Below, piece after piece: positions 28,406 through 37,356 of a DNA stretch of 64,000 bases. The DNA is from Planctomycetota bacterium (GTDB lineage Bacteria; Planctomycetota; UBA8742; UBA2392), in contig JABARW010000018.1 in NCBI GenBank assembly GCA_019186845.1, forward strand, positions 3,180-67,179. Reading direction: 5' to 3'. Made by a program: the position numbers and the translations under genes. The notes under the pieces are model-generated. The model saw nothing but the letters and a program-made list of their open reading frames with translations. It was not told the DNA's origin and did not search any database. The stretch's first letter is position 1. Every line of letters starts with the position of its first letter.

Positions 28406-29497
28406 TCAGTTGCCGCTGGCCCCTGCGTCCGGCGCGGTTTTCACGTAGACGGCGCGGTAGCCCTTGATGACCGGGTTGTCAATCTTCTGGTTCACCGTCT
28501 TGCAGCCAATCTGGTCCAGCTTGGAAGCGTCGTCCTTCTTGAAGAAGTGGCGCAGCACTTTCAGGCGGCAGATGGTTTCGCCCTTCTCGTTGAGCACAAT
28601 CAGCTCCGAGCCCTCGGGCGGGGCATCGCCGCTCACGGGGTTCACCAGCACGTTGCTGGCTTCGCCGGGCTTGCCGCCGCCGGTCACCGCCGCCACTGTG
28701 CCCTCAAAGGAATAGACACCCTCGCGGGGAGGCTGCTCGACCTTGGGATCCTTGGGCGTTTCCGTGCCCTCGGGAAGCTTGGCGCCGCCCTTGCGCAACT
28801 GTTCGATCAGGTCGTCGTACTGTTTCTTGATGTTGTCGCGGTCGGATGTGGCGTTCTGCAGATCCATTTCAAGCTGGGTCACCTTGTCGCGCAATTTGCG
28901 GTTGCTTTCGACGGTGGCGCTGGACTTCAACTCGGACAGTTCGGCGCGCAGCCGGGAGACTTCGTCGGCCGTCAGCAGCGAGCGTTCCTGCTCGGCCTTG
29001 AGGTCTGCCTGCGCCTTCTTGTGGGACTCCTGCTCGGTCCGCAGGGCGGCTTCCGTTTCGAGCAGCTTCTTCTGGATATCGAGGACCTGGTTGGGGTCGA
29101 CGTTCTTGACCTTGCCCTCCAGCGTCTCGATCATGGCCTTGAGAGCCACGAGCGCACTCTGCAGCTCGTCCACCTTCCTGAGCTTGGTTTCCAGCTCGTC
29201 GGTGCGCTTGCTCTGGGCCTTGGCCGCCTCTTCCTGCGACTTTTCGAGGTTCTTGAGGCCCGTCGCGATGTCACCGCTGATGCTGTTGAGCTTGCGGTTC
29301 ACTTCATCCAGGGACTCGCCGCCGCCCTTCTGCTGCTGGGCCAACAGCAGCTTGGTCAGGTCTTCGTTGCCGCCCTGCTTCTTGAGGTTCTCAAGTTCCG
29401 CCTGCAACTTGGCGTTCTGAAGCCTCGCTTCGTTGTCCTGGCAGCCGGCCAGGAACACCAGGGCAACGGCCAGGGCGGCCAAAATCAGGTTCCGCAT
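28406..29497 (-). CDS. Coiled-coil lipoprotein with a small C-terminal beta domain
   Basis: Lipobox MRNLILAALAVALVFLAGC. About 250 aa of heptad-like E/K/L/Q sequence. Start at the ATG at 29497. Confidence 0.6.
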   Translation of the reverse strand: MRNLILAALAVALVFLAGCQDNEARLQNAKLQAELENLKKQGGNEDLTKLLLAQQQKGGGESLDEVNRKLNSISGDIATGLKNLEKSQEEAAKAQSKRTDELETKLRKVDELQSALVALKAMIETLEGKVKNVDPNQVLDIQKKLLETEAALRTEQESHKKAQADLKAEQERSLLTADEVSRLRAELSELKSSATVESNRKLRDKVTQLEMDLQNATSDRDNIKKQYDDLIEQLRKGGAKLPEGTETPKDPKVEQPPREGVYSFEGTVAAVTGGGKPGEASNVLVNPVSGDAPPEGSELIVLNEKGETICRLKVLRHFFKKDDASKLDQIGCKTVNQKIDNPVIKGYRAVYVKTAPDAGASGN

Positions 29498-29650
29498 GGG
29501 TGGAAAACTCCAGGCATGGACGCTTGTGTTCGGGGTGCAGCCCGCGTCCCTTCTTGCTTCGGGGTCAAGCGGGTTATTGAACCAGACTGTGGAAGAACGG
29601 TCAAGGCGCGCCGCCACATCCGGTCATGGGCACGGCCTCAAAGCCCCGGG

Positions 29651-30907
29651 CTACAGCCCGTTCATGACGTAGTCGATGAGCCGCGTTCCATCGTCAATCT
29701 TGATGCCCGCGCCCTCGGCGTTGGCTTCAGTCAGGGTCAATTGCGAGCGGCTTTCGACGCCCGGGCCCCACATCATGAAGGGCACCGGCCGGTCGTCGTG
29801 CTGGCGGTTGTCCACGCGGCTCATGAGCGTGGGAACGACGGTCAGGCGCACGTCGGTGGCCTTGTCCAGGACCTTGAGCACGGGCTTGAAAAAGTAGCGA
29901 TCAATCAACTCGATGCTCTTGACCTTGCCCGGCGTGTCGCCCCGGTGGCTGTGCTCGTCGGGGTAGCTGAAATGGGCCATTACCAGCCCGTCCTGCTTGA
30001 GCGCCGAGAGCGTGGAGTCGCAAATCCGCTTGATCTCCTCCGTCTCGCTGGCCCGCGACTCCAGGTTGTCCACCTCTACGCGTTTGAGGCGGCCGCTGGG
30101 GTCCGCCAGCCGCGGAATCACGGCGCCGCCCGGCGCAACCACCTGAATACCCGCCGCCACCGCCACTCCGCGGAACAGGGGCGAATAGGAAACCAGTGTG
30201 GCCTCGAGCCCGAAGGTCTTCTGGAAGCCCGGCACATCCACGGCCGTGCCCCCGCCCCAGGGCCATATGGCGTTGGCCGGATTCTGCTTGAGGTCCAGGC
30301 GAATGCGGTTGATCTCGTGCTTGGCCAGCACCAGCGGGGCATCTTCAATCAGCTTGCGAAGCACCTCGCTGCCGGGGCCCTCTGGCATGCCTTCTGCCGT
30401 CGGCAGGTTCAGCACGTTGAAGGGATTGACCGTCGTGGAACCTTCAAAATCCGTGCCTTCCACCACCAGCAGATGGTTGTGGCCATGTCCCTTGATGAAG
30501 CGCAACTTCGGATTGTTGAAATGGCCCTCGAGCGCCTTCAGCAGCGCGGCACCTTCGTCGTCCGTGAGGCCGCCGGCCCTCGTATCCACGATCTTTCCAT
30601 CAGCCACGGTCACGAACTGCAAGCGAAACGCCCATTCGCCATCAGCCAGCACAATGCCCGAAGCCAGCGCCTCGTAGTAGCCGCGCCCCGTGAGGTAAGG
30701 CCCCGGCGGATAGCCCAGGATGGTGAAAAGAGCGGCCAGGGTTTCGGGTGCCTGACCCTTGGGCACGGTGCGGATGGTCCCGAGTCGGCCGGCCAGGGCC
30801 AGCTTGTCGATGGCGGGGGTATTGGCGGCCTCAAGGGGGGTCTTGCCGCCCAGTTCGCTCTGGGGCAGGTCAGCCAGGCCATCAATCAGGACCAATAGAT
30901 AGCGCAT
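29651..30907 (-). CDS. apgM: Cofactor-independent phosphoglycerate mutase, archaeal-type (ApgM family, alkaline-phosphatase superfamily)
   Basis: N-terminus MRYLLVLIDGLADLP...GKTPLEAANTPAIDKLA and C-terminal metal-site region HFSYPDEHSHRGD. Confidence 0.7.
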   Translation of the reverse strand: MRYLLVLIDGLADLPQSELGGKTPLEAANTPAIDKLALAGRLGTIRTVPKGQAPETLAALFTILGYPPGPYLTGRGYYEALASGIVLADGEWAFRLQFVTVADGKIVDTRAGGLTDDEGAALLKALEGHFNNPKLRFIKGHGHNHLLVVEGTDFEGSTTVNPFNVLNLPTAEGMPEGPGSEVLRKLIEDAPLVLAKHEINRIRLDLKQNPANAIWPWGGGTAVDVPGFQKTFGLEATLVSYSPLFRGVAVAAGIQVVAPGGAVIPRLADPSGRLKRVEVDNLESRASETEEIKRICDSTLSALKQDGLVMAHFSYPDEHSHRGDTPGKVKSIELIDRYFFKPVLKVLDKATDVRLTVVPTLMSRVDNRQHDDRPVPFMMWGPGVESRSQLTLTEANAEGAGIKIDDGTRLIDYVMNGL

Positions 30908-31094
30908 AGGTGGCGTCGAGCCGCAAAGCGCAAGTATGACGGAATACTGCCCTTACGGATAACGTTCCGTTACCGGAGCTATGGGACGATAGCGGCTTGC
31001 CTTGAGCATGCAAGCGCCGCACAAGGAAAACTGTGGGGCGCGGGCGGCAATGCACGTTAACATGGGTACTTCTAAAGCCTGACCAGGTGACCGG

Positions 31095-33641
31095 ATGAAG
31101 CAGATTTCCCTCGGGCTGGTGCTCTTGCTGCTGGCCTCCACGCTGGGCGCGCAGGCCGAGCTGATTCGCGCCAAGGCCGTCCTGGAGCCGGTAGACCCCA
31201 AAGAAGGCAAGGCAGTCCCCGGCGGCGAGGTGAAGCTGCGCCTCCAGTTCGAGGTAGACAAGGGATTTCACGCCTACCACAAGGACAACCCGGGTTACAG
31301 CAAACCCATCAGCGTCAAGTTCAGCGAGCTTTCGGGCCTCACGGAGGTGGGAGAGGCCCAGTGGCCGAAGTATCACGAGGGCCACCCCGACCCCAAGGAC
31401 CTTTCCTGGGTCGAGTACGAACTCAGCGGGACCTTCGAGATTGTGTACAACTTCAAGGTGCCGCTCGCGTCCAAAGGCGCCCTGAAAGTCTCGGGCAGCT
31501 ACGAGGCCCAGGTCTGCGACGAGAAGGGCTGCACTGATCGCAGCGGAGAGTTCAGCGCCAGCCTTGACGTCTTTGATGCGCCCCGAGCCACGCCAGGCGG
31601 GGGCGACAGCGAGGCGCTCAAACGCCTCGAAGATAAAGTCGAAGCCCTGGCCCAGGAGCTCGGGTCCCATAAGAAGGACCTCGAAGCCATCCGCAAGGCC
31701 AACGAGGAGCTGAACAAGGCCCTCAAGGACTTCATCAAGTCGCAGCAGGAGAAGGCCGGGCCTTCGGGCGAGAAGGACGACCACGGGTTTTATGTCAGCT
31801 ATGATTTCGCCATCGCCGAGGCGCGCAAGCAGGGCAAGCTTTTGCTGATTGACTTCAACGGCGAGTACTGAACTGCATGCCGCCGCATGGAGCGTGAGGT
31901 CTTCACGCTGCCGAAAGTCAAAGAGCTGCTGGCGAAGTTTGTTGTGGTGGGCCTGAAGACGGACATCAAGGACTCACGCATCAACGAACTCTACGCCAAG
32001 TACAAGGATCCTGAAGATCCTACGATCCCCTATTACGTGGTGCTGGACCACAACGAAAAGGCCCTGGGCGGCATCCATGCCACCCTGGGCCCGGAACCCA
32101 ACGGCGACGATGACAACGGCTTGCCCCCCTCGGCCTTCGTGAAGTTCCTGGAGGAAATGAGCGCCAAGGGCGTAACCGGCGACAAGCCCGTCGAGCCCAA
32201 GCCTCAGCCCAAACCCGCCGCGGACAAGCCGCCCGCCGCCCAGCAGGGTGATGCTCAGGCCGAAGATGAGGGGCCCACGTCATTCACGGCCCTGTGGAAG
32301 TTTCTTCTGGAGGCCTTCGTCGTCGGCTTGATCACGCTGCTGACACCCTGCGTTTTGCCCGTACTGCCCCTGACCATCGGCTTCTTCGTCAAGCAGGCGG
32401 AGCAGAAGCGTCCGCCATTGATCACGGCCGGCATCTACTGCGGCGTCATCCTTGTGAGCTTTACATCGATTGGAGTGCTGGCGTCCCTGCTGCTGGGAGC
32501 TTCCGGCGCCGGAGATATCGCGCGCAGCTGGTGGCTCAACCTGGGCCTCGGCATCCTGTTCATTGTGCTGGCCCTGAGTTTCCTCGGGCTGTTTGAACTG
32601 CGCATGCCCACCTTCCTTACTTCCAAGGCGGGTCAGGCCCAGTTCCAAGCCAACAAGGCGGGCAAGGGCTATGTCGCCGCGATGATCAGCGGCACCTCGT
32701 TCACACTGATTTCGTTCTCCTGCACGGGGCCCTTTGCGGCCTTTGTGCTGGCCCGCGCGGCTTCGGGCGATGTCATCATGCCCGCCTTGGGGATGTTCGC
32801 CTACGCGTCAGGCATGGCCCTGCCTATTTTCATCATGGGCCAGTTCCCCGCGCTGATCAAACAACTGCCCAAGTCCGGTGGCTGGATGAACGCCATCAAG
32901 GTGGTGTTTGGCCTCATCGAGCTGGCCCTGGCCTTTGCCTACCTGGGGTTTGCCGAGCTGGCGCTTCGGGGCTCTGCCCCGGAGATCTTCTCCAAGAATC
33001 TGGTCATTGCCGTGTGGGTGGCCTGTTCCGTGGCGGCGGGCCTGTACCTCTTTGGCCTGTTCCGGCTCCCCCATGACCATGACCGCGTTGAGCAGATTGG
33101 GGTGTTCCGCGCCATCTTTGCCCTGGCTTTCTTCTGCCTGGCGGCCTTCATGCTGCCCATGCTGTTTGGCGCCCCGCTGGGCAACTTCGGAGCCGTCATA
33201 CCACCCGGCGCCAAGGACGCCCCCTCGGCATTTGGCGGCAAGGGTGGCGGCGAAGGCGGCGACCATCTCAAGCCACCCGTCAAGTCCATGGACCAGGCCA
33301 AATCCGAAGCCGCCAAGACGCAAAGGCCGATCTTCATCGACTTCACGGGCCCTGCGTGAAAGGACTGCCTGTGGGTTGAGGAGAACATTCTCCACAGCCC
33401 CAAAGTCAGCCGTGTGCTGAATGACAAGTTTGTGTTTGCCGAGATGTGGGTGGAGCGCGGCAGTGAGGGCGAAGCCGTGCTGAAGGGTCTGAAGTTCAGC
33501 TCAGCCCTGCCCCAGTACGCCGTGGTCGACGCGGAAGGCAAGCTCGTCTCGCGCTATGACCGGCCCCAGAATGTTGCGTCCATCACGCCGGACGCCTTTG
33601 CCGCGTGGCTGGAAGAGAGCCTCAAGTCGTACCGGCCCTGA
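31095..33641 (+). CDS. DsbD-like thiol:disulfide reductase with two predicted selenocysteines (signal peptide, DsbD-alpha-like domain, coiled coil, Trx-like UxxC, DsbD/CcdA TM core, Trx-like UxxC)
   Basis: One reading frame (31095, 31887 and 33414 share the same phase) is interrupted only by TGA at 31869..31871 and 33357..33359. Readthrough gives DFNGEY-U-TAC-RRME and DFTGPA-U-KDC-LWVEE. TM core Cys motifs are LLTPCVLPVLPL and ISFSCTGPF. The alpha-domain motif is QVCDEKGC. A strong terminator appears only after 33641. Confidence 0.75.
31891..31909 (+). promoter_or_regulatory. Candidate bacterial SECIS hairpin 1
   Basis: A-GCGTGA-GGTCT-TCACGC-T: a 6-7 bp perfect stem with apical loop GGUCU, starting 20 nt after the TGA at 31869. 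Confidence 0.6.
33367..33399 (+). promoter_or_regulatory. Candidate bacterial SECIS hairpin 2
   Basis: Lower stem CTGTGG/CCACAG (33369..33374 with 33392..33397). 5' bulge GTTG. Upper stem AGGA/TTCT (with one G.U pair). Apical loop GAACA about 26 nt after the TGA at 33357. Alternative foldings exist. Confidence 0.4.
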
Positions 33642-33659
33642 CCGTGCCGCACGCATGAC

Positions 33660-33694
33660 CGGGAAGCCGCCTGCAGGGCGGCTTCCCGCGTTTT
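33660..33694 (+). terminator. Rho-independent terminator
   Basis: CGGGAAGCCGCC-TGCAG-GGCGGCTTCCCG (12-bp perfect stem) followed by CGTTTT, 19 nt after the final TGA of the DsbD-like gene. Confidence 0.75.
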
Positions 33695-33767
33695 GGGCCG
33701 GTTCTTTGGGCGTTCTTTTTGGTCAAACGTCAGGAAAGGGGTCGTTATCTCTGGTAAACTCAGGGGG

Positions 33768-35708
33768 ATGCCGACGGGTGAAGACACACAGAAGGTCGTC
33801 AAGGCCGCTCCCGAAGACCTGGCCAAGGCCACGCGCACGATTGAAATCGGCGGCCCCCCCGCAAAGCGCATCTATGACCAGATGTCCCTGGTCGCCCTGG
33901 TGCTGGACGAGGAACTGCGCATCGTGCGCTTCAACGCCGCCGCCGAGCGCGCCCTGGGCAAGCGCTTTGACCAGGTGCTCGGCCGCCCCTGCTTTGACGC
34001 CCTGCCCGACCTCTCTGAAATCGCCGACTGCAGGGCCTGCGAGCGGGCCATTGCCATGGGCATTCCCACGGAGGTCAAAGACGTCGAAATCTACGACCAC
34101 GCCCGGGGCAAGCGCTTCACTTTCGATTTTCAGATTGACCCCATCGTGGGCGACAACGGCAAGCTGGCCGGGGTATCCATGATCGGCCTGGACGTGACCG
34201 AACGCTTCAAGCTGCGCAAGCGCCTGGCCCGCCACAACGAAGACCTCAAGACCCTGCACGCCGTCAGCAATGCCCTGCGCAAAACGATGGATCTCGAGAA
34301 GGCCTTCGTCATCATCGCCAGCGCCCTGACCAGCGAGGCCGGCGGCGGCTACGACAAGGCCCTCATCCTCGTGTGCGACCAGGACCGCGAGCACCTGCTG
34401 GGGCGAGTTGCCGTGGATTCCCTGGGGCTGGACACGGCCGAGGGCATCTGGCGTTCGCTCACCACACATGACGGCCCCCTGGACAAGATGCTGGAGTCGG
34501 CCTTCCCGGTCCTGCATCGCCGCTGGGGCGCCCTGACCGAAAAGGTCAAGCGGGTGAAGGTGCCTCTCGACTCCCCCGACAGCCTCATGATTCACGCCCT
34601 GCGCACGGGCGAGCCCGTCACACACGAAACCTGCTCCGAACAGGGGCTCGAACACCTTCACCTGCACCCGACGCTGGCCGAGCATTTCCCGATGACATGC
34701 TTTGCCGCCGCGCCGCTGAAGACGGATCAGGACGCAATTGGCGTGGTCATTGTCGATTCCTCCAGCCGCCCCCGGCGCTTTTCGCCCGAGCGCCTGAACA
34801 TGCTCAAGATGTTCGCCAGCCAGGCCGCGCTGGCCATCAACAACGGCCTGATTTTCCAGAACGTTCTCGCGCGAGCCCAGAAAGACAGCCTGACTGGCCT
34901 TTACAACCACGGCCACTTCCAGGAGACCCTGCGCGCGGAAATCGAGCGCGCCCGCCGCTACGGCCAGCCCCTGAGCGTGGTCATGCTCGACATCGACCAC
35001 TTCAAGAAATTCAACGACAGCTACGGCCACCAGACCGGTGACAACGTGCTGCGCCAGACCGCGCAGGTCCTCACGGCCGGCGTGCGCGTCACCGACCTCG
35101 CCGCGCGCTACGGCGGTGAAGAATTCGCCCTGCTGCTGCCTCACACCAGCCTCGAACATGCCATTGACCTCGCGGAGCGCACCTGCGCCGGCGTCGCGCG
35201 CAAGGTCGTCGTGGCCGGCCCCAAGGGTGAACGCCTGGGCGTTACGGCAAGCTTCGGCGTTGCCACTTTCCCAGTTCATGCCCAAAGCGCGGCCGAACTC
35301 GTCAGCCTGGCCGATGAAGCGCTCTACATGGCCAAGAAGAACGGCCGCAACCAGGTACGCAGCGCCTCGGAGGTTCTGGCCCTGACGCCCCAGCAGCGCG
35401 AGGCCGTCAAGCAAAAGCACTCCGCGCCTGCGGCTCCCCCGGCCCAGACCGCCCCCGCCCCCCTGCCGGCCGAGGCGGCAGGCGGCAAAGATTCGGCACT
35501 GCCCCCCACTGTCGTGGAGCTGCCTCCGCGCTACCAGCAGCGGCTGGAGGCGGCCATTGCCGAGCGTCACCAGCAGAAGTCCTCCCGTGACCGAGACACC
35601 GTGCGCATCGTGAAATCCACGCCGGAGCAGCCGCCGCGCCGCACCCAGAAGCGGCGTGAAGATGAGGGCAAGCCGCGGCGGCGCTCGGGCCGAACGCGCA
35701 AGCCCTGA
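33768..35708 (+). CDS. PAS-GAF-GGDEF diguanylate cyclase with a Pro/Arg-rich C-terminal tail
   Basis: GLYNHGHFQE...DIDHFKKFNDSYGHQTGD...RVTDLAARYGGEEFALLLP (an I-site RxxD plus GGEEF). Start taken at the ATG at 33768 (MPTGEDTQ). Confidence 0.85.
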   Translation: MPTGEDTQKVVKAAPEDLAKATRTIEIGGPPAKRIYDQMSLVALVLDEELRIVRFNAAAERALGKRFDQVLGRPCFDALPDLSEIADCRACERAIAMGIPTEVKDVEIYDHARGKRFTFDFQIDPIVGDNGKLAGVSMIGLDVTERFKLRKRLARHNEDLKTLHAVSNALRKTMDLEKAFVIIASALTSEAGGGYDKALILVCDQDREHLLGRVAVDSLGLDTAEGIWRSLTTHDGPLDKMLESAFPVLHRRWGALTEKVKRVKVPLDSPDSLMIHALRTGEPVTHETCSEQGLEHLHLHPTLAEHFPMTCFAAAPLKTDQDAIGVVIVDSSSRPRRFSPERLNMLKMFASQAALAINNGLIFQNVLARAQKDSLTGLYNHGHFQETLRAEIERARRYGQPLSVVMLDIDHFKKFNDSYGHQTGDNVLRQTAQVLTAGVRVTDLAARYGGEEFALLLPHTSLEHAIDLAERTCAGVARKVVVAGPKGERLGVTASFGVATFPVHAQSAAELVSLADEALYMAKKNGRNQVRSASEVLALTPQQREAVKQKHSAPAAPPAQTAPAPLPAEAAGGKDSALPPTVVELPPRYQQRLEAAIAERHQQKSSRDRDTVRIVKSTPEQPPRRTQKRREDEGKPRRRSGRTRKP

Positions 35709-35784
35709 GCACGCCGGTTGCGGTTCTCGTTCCCTTGACCGCCTTCCCTTGCTAGAAGCAGACGCTCGACTGATGGAGTGATCG

Positions 35785-37356
35785 ATGGACCGTGTGGCAA
35801 TCAAGCGCGCCCTGATCAGCGTCTCGGACAAAACCGGCATCGTTTCTTTCGCGCAGAAGCTGGCGCAGTTCGGCTGTGAGCTGCTCTCCACGGGTGGCAC
35901 CGCAAAAGTCCTGCGCGAGGCGGGGCTCAAGGTTATCGACGTCTCCGATTACACCGGCTTTCCAGAAATGATGGACGGCCGGGTCAAGACCCTTCACCCC
36001 AAGGTCCATGGCGGCCTGCTGGCCCGCCGCGACCTGAAGGAACACCAACAGGCGGCCCAGAAGCACGGGATTGGCATGATCGACATGGTCATCGTCAACC
36101 TCTATCCCTTCGAGGCGACGGTGGCCAAACCGGGAGTCTCGCGCGAAGACGCCATCGAGAACATCGACATCGGCGGGCCCTCCATGGTGCGCAGCGCGGC
36201 CAAGAACCACGAGGCCGTCGCCGTCGTGACCGACCCCGGCGACTACGAGGCCCTGGCGGCCGAACTCCAGTCTCAGCAGGGCGCCTTGGGCCTGGCCACA
36301 CGGCGCCGGCTTTGCGCCAAGGCCTTCCGCATGACGGCGTGGTACGACCACGCCATCTCCGAATACCTTGATGACGACGGCGGCAGCTTCCCCGCGCGCA
36401 AGCTCGTCGCCCTGACCTTGAACCAGAGTCTGCGCTACGGCGAGAACCCCCACCAGGAAGCCGCGTTTTATCGCACGGGGCGCTTTGCCCAGGCCCTGGG
36501 CGGGCTGGAGCAACTGGCGGGCAAGGAGCTGAGCTACAACAACCTGCTGGACCTCGACGCGGCCCTGCGCGTGGCGGGCGAGTTTGACCGCGAGCACTTC
36601 GCAGTCATCATCAAGCACACCAACCCCTGCGGGGCGGCCGCCGGCGCCAGCGCGGCCGAGGCTTTTTCGCGCGCCTACGCCTGCGACCCGGTGTCGGCCT
36701 TCGGCGGCATCGTGGGCCTGAACCGTCCCTTTGACCTGGCGACGGCACAGCAGCTTCTCGAGGGGGAAAAATTCATTGAGGCCATTGTGGCGCCGGACTT
36801 CGAGGCACGGGCCATGGATGAAGTAGTGAACAAGAGCGGCAAGAAGTGGCGCAAGAGCATCCGGCTTATCAAGGCAAGCACCCTGCCGACTTCGCCCGTG
36901 CCCCTGGAGTATCGCGCGGTCTCGGGCGGCATGCTGGTCCAGCACCTTGACGTGCGCCGTGTGCAGCCCGCCGAGATGAAGGTCGTCACCAAGACTCCGC
37001 CCGACAACCGCATCATGGACGAGCTGTTCTACGCATGGACCTTCTGCAAGCACTTCAAGAGCAACGCCATCGTTGTGGCGCGGCACAAGTCCCTGCTTGG
37101 TTACGGCGCAGGCCAGACCAACCGCGTGGACTCCACCAAGCACGCGCTCGAGCGCGCCGGAGAAAAGGCGCGGGGCGCCGTGCTGGCCAGTGACGCGTTC
37201 TTTCCGTTCGCCGATTCCATCGAGCTGGCGGCGGCCGCCGGCATTGCGGCCATCATTCAGCCCGGCGGCAGCGTGCGCGACGAAGAGGTCATCCAGGCCT
37301 GCGACAAGCACGGCATTGCCATGGTGTTCACCGGCATGAGGCACTTCAGGCACTAA
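35785..37356 (+). CDS. purH: Bifunctional AICAR formyltransferase / IMP cyclohydrolase
   Basis: [29 protein letters not shown], the C-terminal AICARFT domain, and the end FTGMRHFRH. Confidence 0.95.
   Translation: MDRVAIKRALISVSDKTGIVSFAQKLAQFGCELLSTGGTAKVLREAGLKVIDVSDYTGFPEMMDGRVKTLHPKVHGGLLARRDLKEHQQAAQKHGIGMIDMVIVNLYPFEATVAKPGVSREDAIENIDIGGPSMVRSAAKNHEAVAVVTDPGDYEALAAELQSQQGALGLATRRRLCAKAFRMTAWYDHAISEYLDDDGGSFPARKLVALTLNQSLRYGENPHQEAAFYRTGRFAQALGGLEQLAGKELSYNNLLDLDAALRVAGEFDREHFAVIIKHTNPCGAAAGASAAEAFSRAYACDPVSAFGGIVGLNRPFDLATAQQLLEGEKFIEAIVAPDFEARAMDEVVNKSGKKWRKSIRLIKASTLPTSPVPLEYRAVSGGMLVQHLDVRRVQPAEMKVVTKTPPDNRIMDELFYAWTFCKHFKSNAIVVARHKSLLGYGAGQTNRVDSTKHALERAGEKARGAVLASDAFFPFADSIELAAAAGIAAIIQPGGSVRDEEVIQACDKHGIAMVFTGMRHFRH

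Noticed and set aside
28547-30898. A 783-aa ORF antisense to the lipoprotein and apgM genes
   Set aside because: It spans two well-supported genes on the other strand and has low-complexity, motif-free sequence. It is a GC-driven open frame.
30908-31094. A possible tRNA-Sec or other tRNA upstream of the selenoprotein gene
   Set aside because: No cloverleaf could be drawn: there is no acceptor/T-arm pairing and no GTTC-type T-loop. Only short inverted repeats are present (ACGGAA...TTCCGT, GCTTGC...GCAAGC).
31869-33359. Reading the DsbD-like locus as a pseudogene, or as three separate genes split by stop codons
   Set aside because: Both stops are TGA and both fall exactly on the first Cys of a CxxC motif. 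The frame is otherwise intact over 2.5 kb. Neither downstream segment has a credible RBS or start. A hairpin follows each TGA, and the only terminator follows the third segment. Selenocysteine recoding explains all of this better.
35709-35784. A possible ZTP (pfl) riboswitch upstream of purH
   Set aside because: The leader is only 76 nt. I could not find the conserved CCGCCTGGGC-like 3' element or the GGGTCGTGAC-like 5' element.
33723-37353. Long minus-strand ORFs (735 aa and 533 aa) opposite the cyclase and purH
   Set aside because: These are shadow ORFs. The plus-strand products carry unmistakable GGDEF and PurH motifs.
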